A stretch of 27,629 nt of DNA from positions 1 through 27,629 of the IMG/VR virus record IMGVR_UViG_3300027798_003445. One strand, given 5' to 3'. The position numbers and the translations under genes were made by a program. The DNA is from a virus (Duplodnaviria > Caudoviricetes). Below are positions 25,536 to 27,629 of this stretch, piece by piece. The notes below the pieces were generated by a model, which was given only the letters and a program-made list of their open reading frames with translations, was not told the origin of the DNA and ran no database searches. Within the stretch, counting starts at the first letter, position 1; each line of letters opens with the position of its first letter.

Positions 25536-26312
25536 TCACTTGTGTTTGTTTTTCAATTGCCAAAATTGGAGCAGGTGCATAAACATGTCCCACCCGCGCT
25601 CTAAATCCTCTTGTGACCACTCCTTGACCACCACCAAGCCCTTGACACTGCGACTGACAAATACATTGGCACAGCGGGCGTTGTGGAGCCCCAAACCAAT
25701 TCTGTACGCCGCTAACTGCATCAGGTGTTCGTCATAGCCCTCAACCTTTGCTGGGTCAAAGAATTCTTTAGTTTTAATATCTATGACAACACCGCCGTCT
25801 GCAACAGAATGCAGGTCACACTTACCACCAAACCCGTGCTCATTAGCAAACGACTTTTCGGCTACCCAAGATTGAAAACCAAATGCCTCATTTATACGGT
25901 GATCTGCTCCAACAACGTGCTCAACGTGCTGGGTGGCAGTTGCGGGCGTGCCCTCGTAAAAGGATTGGATCGACGTGTGGATGTTTGTGCCGGCATCAGC
26001 CGCTGAGCGCCCCTGCTCCTTACTGTCGTCAATGATCCGCGCTATGTAGTCGTCCTCAGGCTCGTTATCGCGCCGTGGAAGGGTCAGGGCGGCAAGCAAG
26101 ACCTGTTTCTGTAGCCATATGGTCAAGGCAGGCTTGGCGGCTACATTGAGCACCGTGGTGACGCTGGGCACCAAGCTGAGCTTGCGGGCATCCCTTAGGG
26201 TGGTATTGCGTTGCCCACCCTTGGCGGCTTCAACGGTGTACATGGGCGCACCCTCGCGGGTGTACCAATGGTTTGATTCGCTAGCGCGTGGTTCTTTTGC
26301 TTCAATGGTCAT
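25536..26312 (-). CDS. PD-(D/E)XK (Cas4/RecB-like) exonuclease
   Basis: PSVTTVL, GT.IH, E.SF, GKCDL, IDIKT and QLAAY motifs; ATG at 26312 with GAGGA upstream. Confidence 0.85.
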   Translation of the reverse strand: MTIEAKEPRASESNHWYTREGAPMYTVEAAKGGQRNTTLRDARKLSLVPSVTTVLNVAAKPALTIWLQKQVLLAALTLPRRDNEPEDDYIARIIDDSKEQGRSAADAGTNIHTSIQSFYEGTPATATQHVEHVVGADHRINEAFGFQSWVAEKSFANEHGFGGKCDLHSVADGGVVIDIKTKEFFDPAKVEGYDEHLMQLAAYRIGLGLHNARCANVFVSRSVKGLVVVKEWSQEDLERGWDMFMHLLQFWQLKNKHK

Positions 26313-26313
26313 T

Positions 26314-26661
26314 TTATTCAATCCTCATCACTTCGATAGAATTATTTCCATTTCTACTTGTTTGTTTTGCACTACCTTTGCCCCACATGTTGTATGCCAT
26401 TGACGAACACGCTTGCCCCACAGTCGGTTTATCAAATTGTCCACACGGCACTACTACAACTTCACCAACATTTAAATCTTTCAAGTAAGCTCGAACATAT
26501 TGTGAAGGCAGACCACGTTTATATTTACGAACTTTTTCTTTCTTTTTAATTTCTAAATTACCTAAAACATTCCCATCAAAATCTATAATTGCATAATTTA
26601 ATTTTAATGCTTCAAGAAATTTTATTGCTTTCTTTAAAACTACGTTTTGTATATCGCTCAT
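26314..26661 (-). CDS. Hypothetical basic protein (115 aa), possible DNA binding
   Basis: GAGGAG RBS; ATGA overlap with upstream gene; AT-rich. Confidence 0.7.
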   Translation of the reverse strand: MSDIQNVVLKKAIKFLEALKLNYAIIDFDGNVLGNLEIKKKEKVRKYKRGLPSQYVRAYLKDLNVGEVVVVPCGQFDKPTVGQACSSMAYNMWGKGSAKQTSRNGNNSIEVMRIE

Positions 26662-27023
26662 GTTTGCTCCTCATTCAGTTTTACTACGCGCTGATATCGA
26701 CCAGCGCGGCCTATGCGAAATTCACCCGTTGCCACAATAAAACCCTTGCGCAAAAGCGGCGCAAACCGAGGTTGAATACTGTGAACCCGACGGTGGGGCA
26801 AAAGATTTACCACGTCGTCGTAGATGCACCCTTGCGGGAAGTGCCCAATGGCCCAGCAAACCTCTTGTTCGACCTTGTTGGTATCAAGATACTTATGGGC
26901 TGTTCTGCTGGTTGACGGGTCTGTGCCTCGCTCCAAAGGCTTTGACCCGTAAGCCCTCATTACGCGCTTGGGGCGCTTAGGGGGCTCGTTAAACATATCC
27001 ATGGTGTATGGATCGTTGTTCAT
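26658..27023 (-). CDS. Winged-HTH-like DNA-binding protein
   Basis: R.TDP.TS..A leader and SIQPRFAPLLRKGFIVATGE.R.G.AGR.QRV helix-wing; ATG at 27023 overlaps upstream TGA. Confidence 0.6.
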   Translation of the reverse strand: MNNDPYTMDMFNEPPKRPKRVMRAYGSKPLERGTDPSTSRTAHKYLDTNKVEQEVCWAIGHFPQGCIYDDVVNLLPHRRVHSIQPRFAPLLRKGFIVATGEFRIGRAGRYQRVVKLNEEQT

Positions 27024-27229
27024 TGGATAGCCCTCCACTCGCGCTCAGGGCGCCTTGAGTCGGACAATACTGTTCTGCCTGTTAAAGCCACCAACCCCTG
27101 TCGTTGAAGGATTGGCAGGGCGCGGGAACATTGGTTGACATCCAAATTTGTACGGTTGGATATTCCATCTTTCCCCAGCGCCCCGTGGACACGCAAGCAC
27201 TTCAGAATCAAATCGTGGTGCGCGTCCAT
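27020..27229 (-). CDS. Small winged-HTH-like DNA-binding protein
   Basis: ILKCLRVHGALGKDGIS.RT.L..NQCSRALP.L.RQGLV.LTGRTV.S.S.R.EREW. Confidence 0.65.
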   Translation of the reverse strand: MDAHHDLILKCLRVHGALGKDGISNRTNLDVNQCSRALPILQRQGLVALTGRTVLSDSRRPEREWRAIQ

Positions 27230-27231
27230 GG

Positions 27232-27627
27232 TTAAAACGGTATATCGTCAACCATGTCATCAAAGCCCGAAGCACCGCTAGGCGCTGACGCACCACCGCG
27301 CTTGATAGCCGCCTGCCACTCGGGAGACTTCTCAATCTTGGCTTTGGTGCTCTTGCCAAACGTATCAAACAAATCCATGTCGGGGTTTGAAATGGAAAAC
27401 ATAGCAATCTTGTTAAAGCCAAGCGGCACGGTGTCTTTCAGCACCTTAGGCACAGGATTGATGTTTTTGATGTTGGTGTACTGTTTACCGTCCTGCCCAG
27501 TCTCTTTGGAGATAGCAAGCATTGCCCACACGCCAAGCAACTTCTCGATGTTAAAACCTTGAAGCTCTTCAGGGGTAAATGCACGCCCACGCCAAGCTTC
27601 TAAGTCGGCACGCAAGGTGGCTTTTTC
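27232..27627 (-). CDS. Phage ssDNA-binding-like replication protein; 5' truncated by window edge
   Basis: Acidic C-terminal tail FDDMVDDIPF (SSB-type); frame open to window end (EKATLRADLEAWRG.F). Confidence 0.75.
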   Translation of the reverse strand, partial: EKATLRADLEAWRGRAFTPEELQGFNIEKLLGVWAMLAISKETGQDGKQYTNIKNINPVPKVLKDTVPLGFNKIAMFSISNPDMDLFDTFGKSTKAKIEKSPEWQAAIKRGGASAPSGASGFDDMVDDIPF

Positions 27628-27629
27628 GC

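Noticed and set aside
25536-26312. Cas4-like nuclease as evidence of CRISPR-Cas
   Set aside because: Stand-alone PD-(D/E)XK exonuclease in a replication module, with no Fe-S Cys cluster, cas genes or array
27045-27422. 125-aa minus-strand ORF
   Set aside because: Overlaps the SSB-like and wHTH genes, which have clear motifs and tight coupling

Overview
A 27.6 kb piece of a tailed dsDNA phage genome. The podovirus-type gene order resembles uncultured freshwater Caudoviricetes; a proteobacterial host is plausible but is inference only. Positions 1-24773 form one tightly packed + strand late operon. In order it holds a Cys-rich small protein, a tail-fibre module with two paralogous DUF1566/Lcl-like lectin proteins, a sulfotransferase plus minimal APS-kinase pair, a lysis block (holin-like proteins, M15 endolysin), an adaptor, a tail structural protein, a nozzle-like protein, and five large putative internal/ejection proteins, the last with an SLT domain. 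The operon ends at a strong intrinsic terminator (24793-24817). A convergent - strand early/replication module follows (SSB-like, two wHTH-like proteins, PD-(D/E)XK nuclease, hypotheticals). The most interesting candidate system is a phage-encoded sulfation module. It pairs a RaxST-like tyrosine sulfotransferase with an APS kinase, in the same operon as a virion protein carrying an extreme Asp/Glu-Tyr tract (24 Tyr in 102 aa) that looks like a tyrosine-sulfation substrate. All family calls come from motif recognition by eye; no database searches were run. I saw no RNA genes, CRISPR arrays, integrase or reverse transcriptase.
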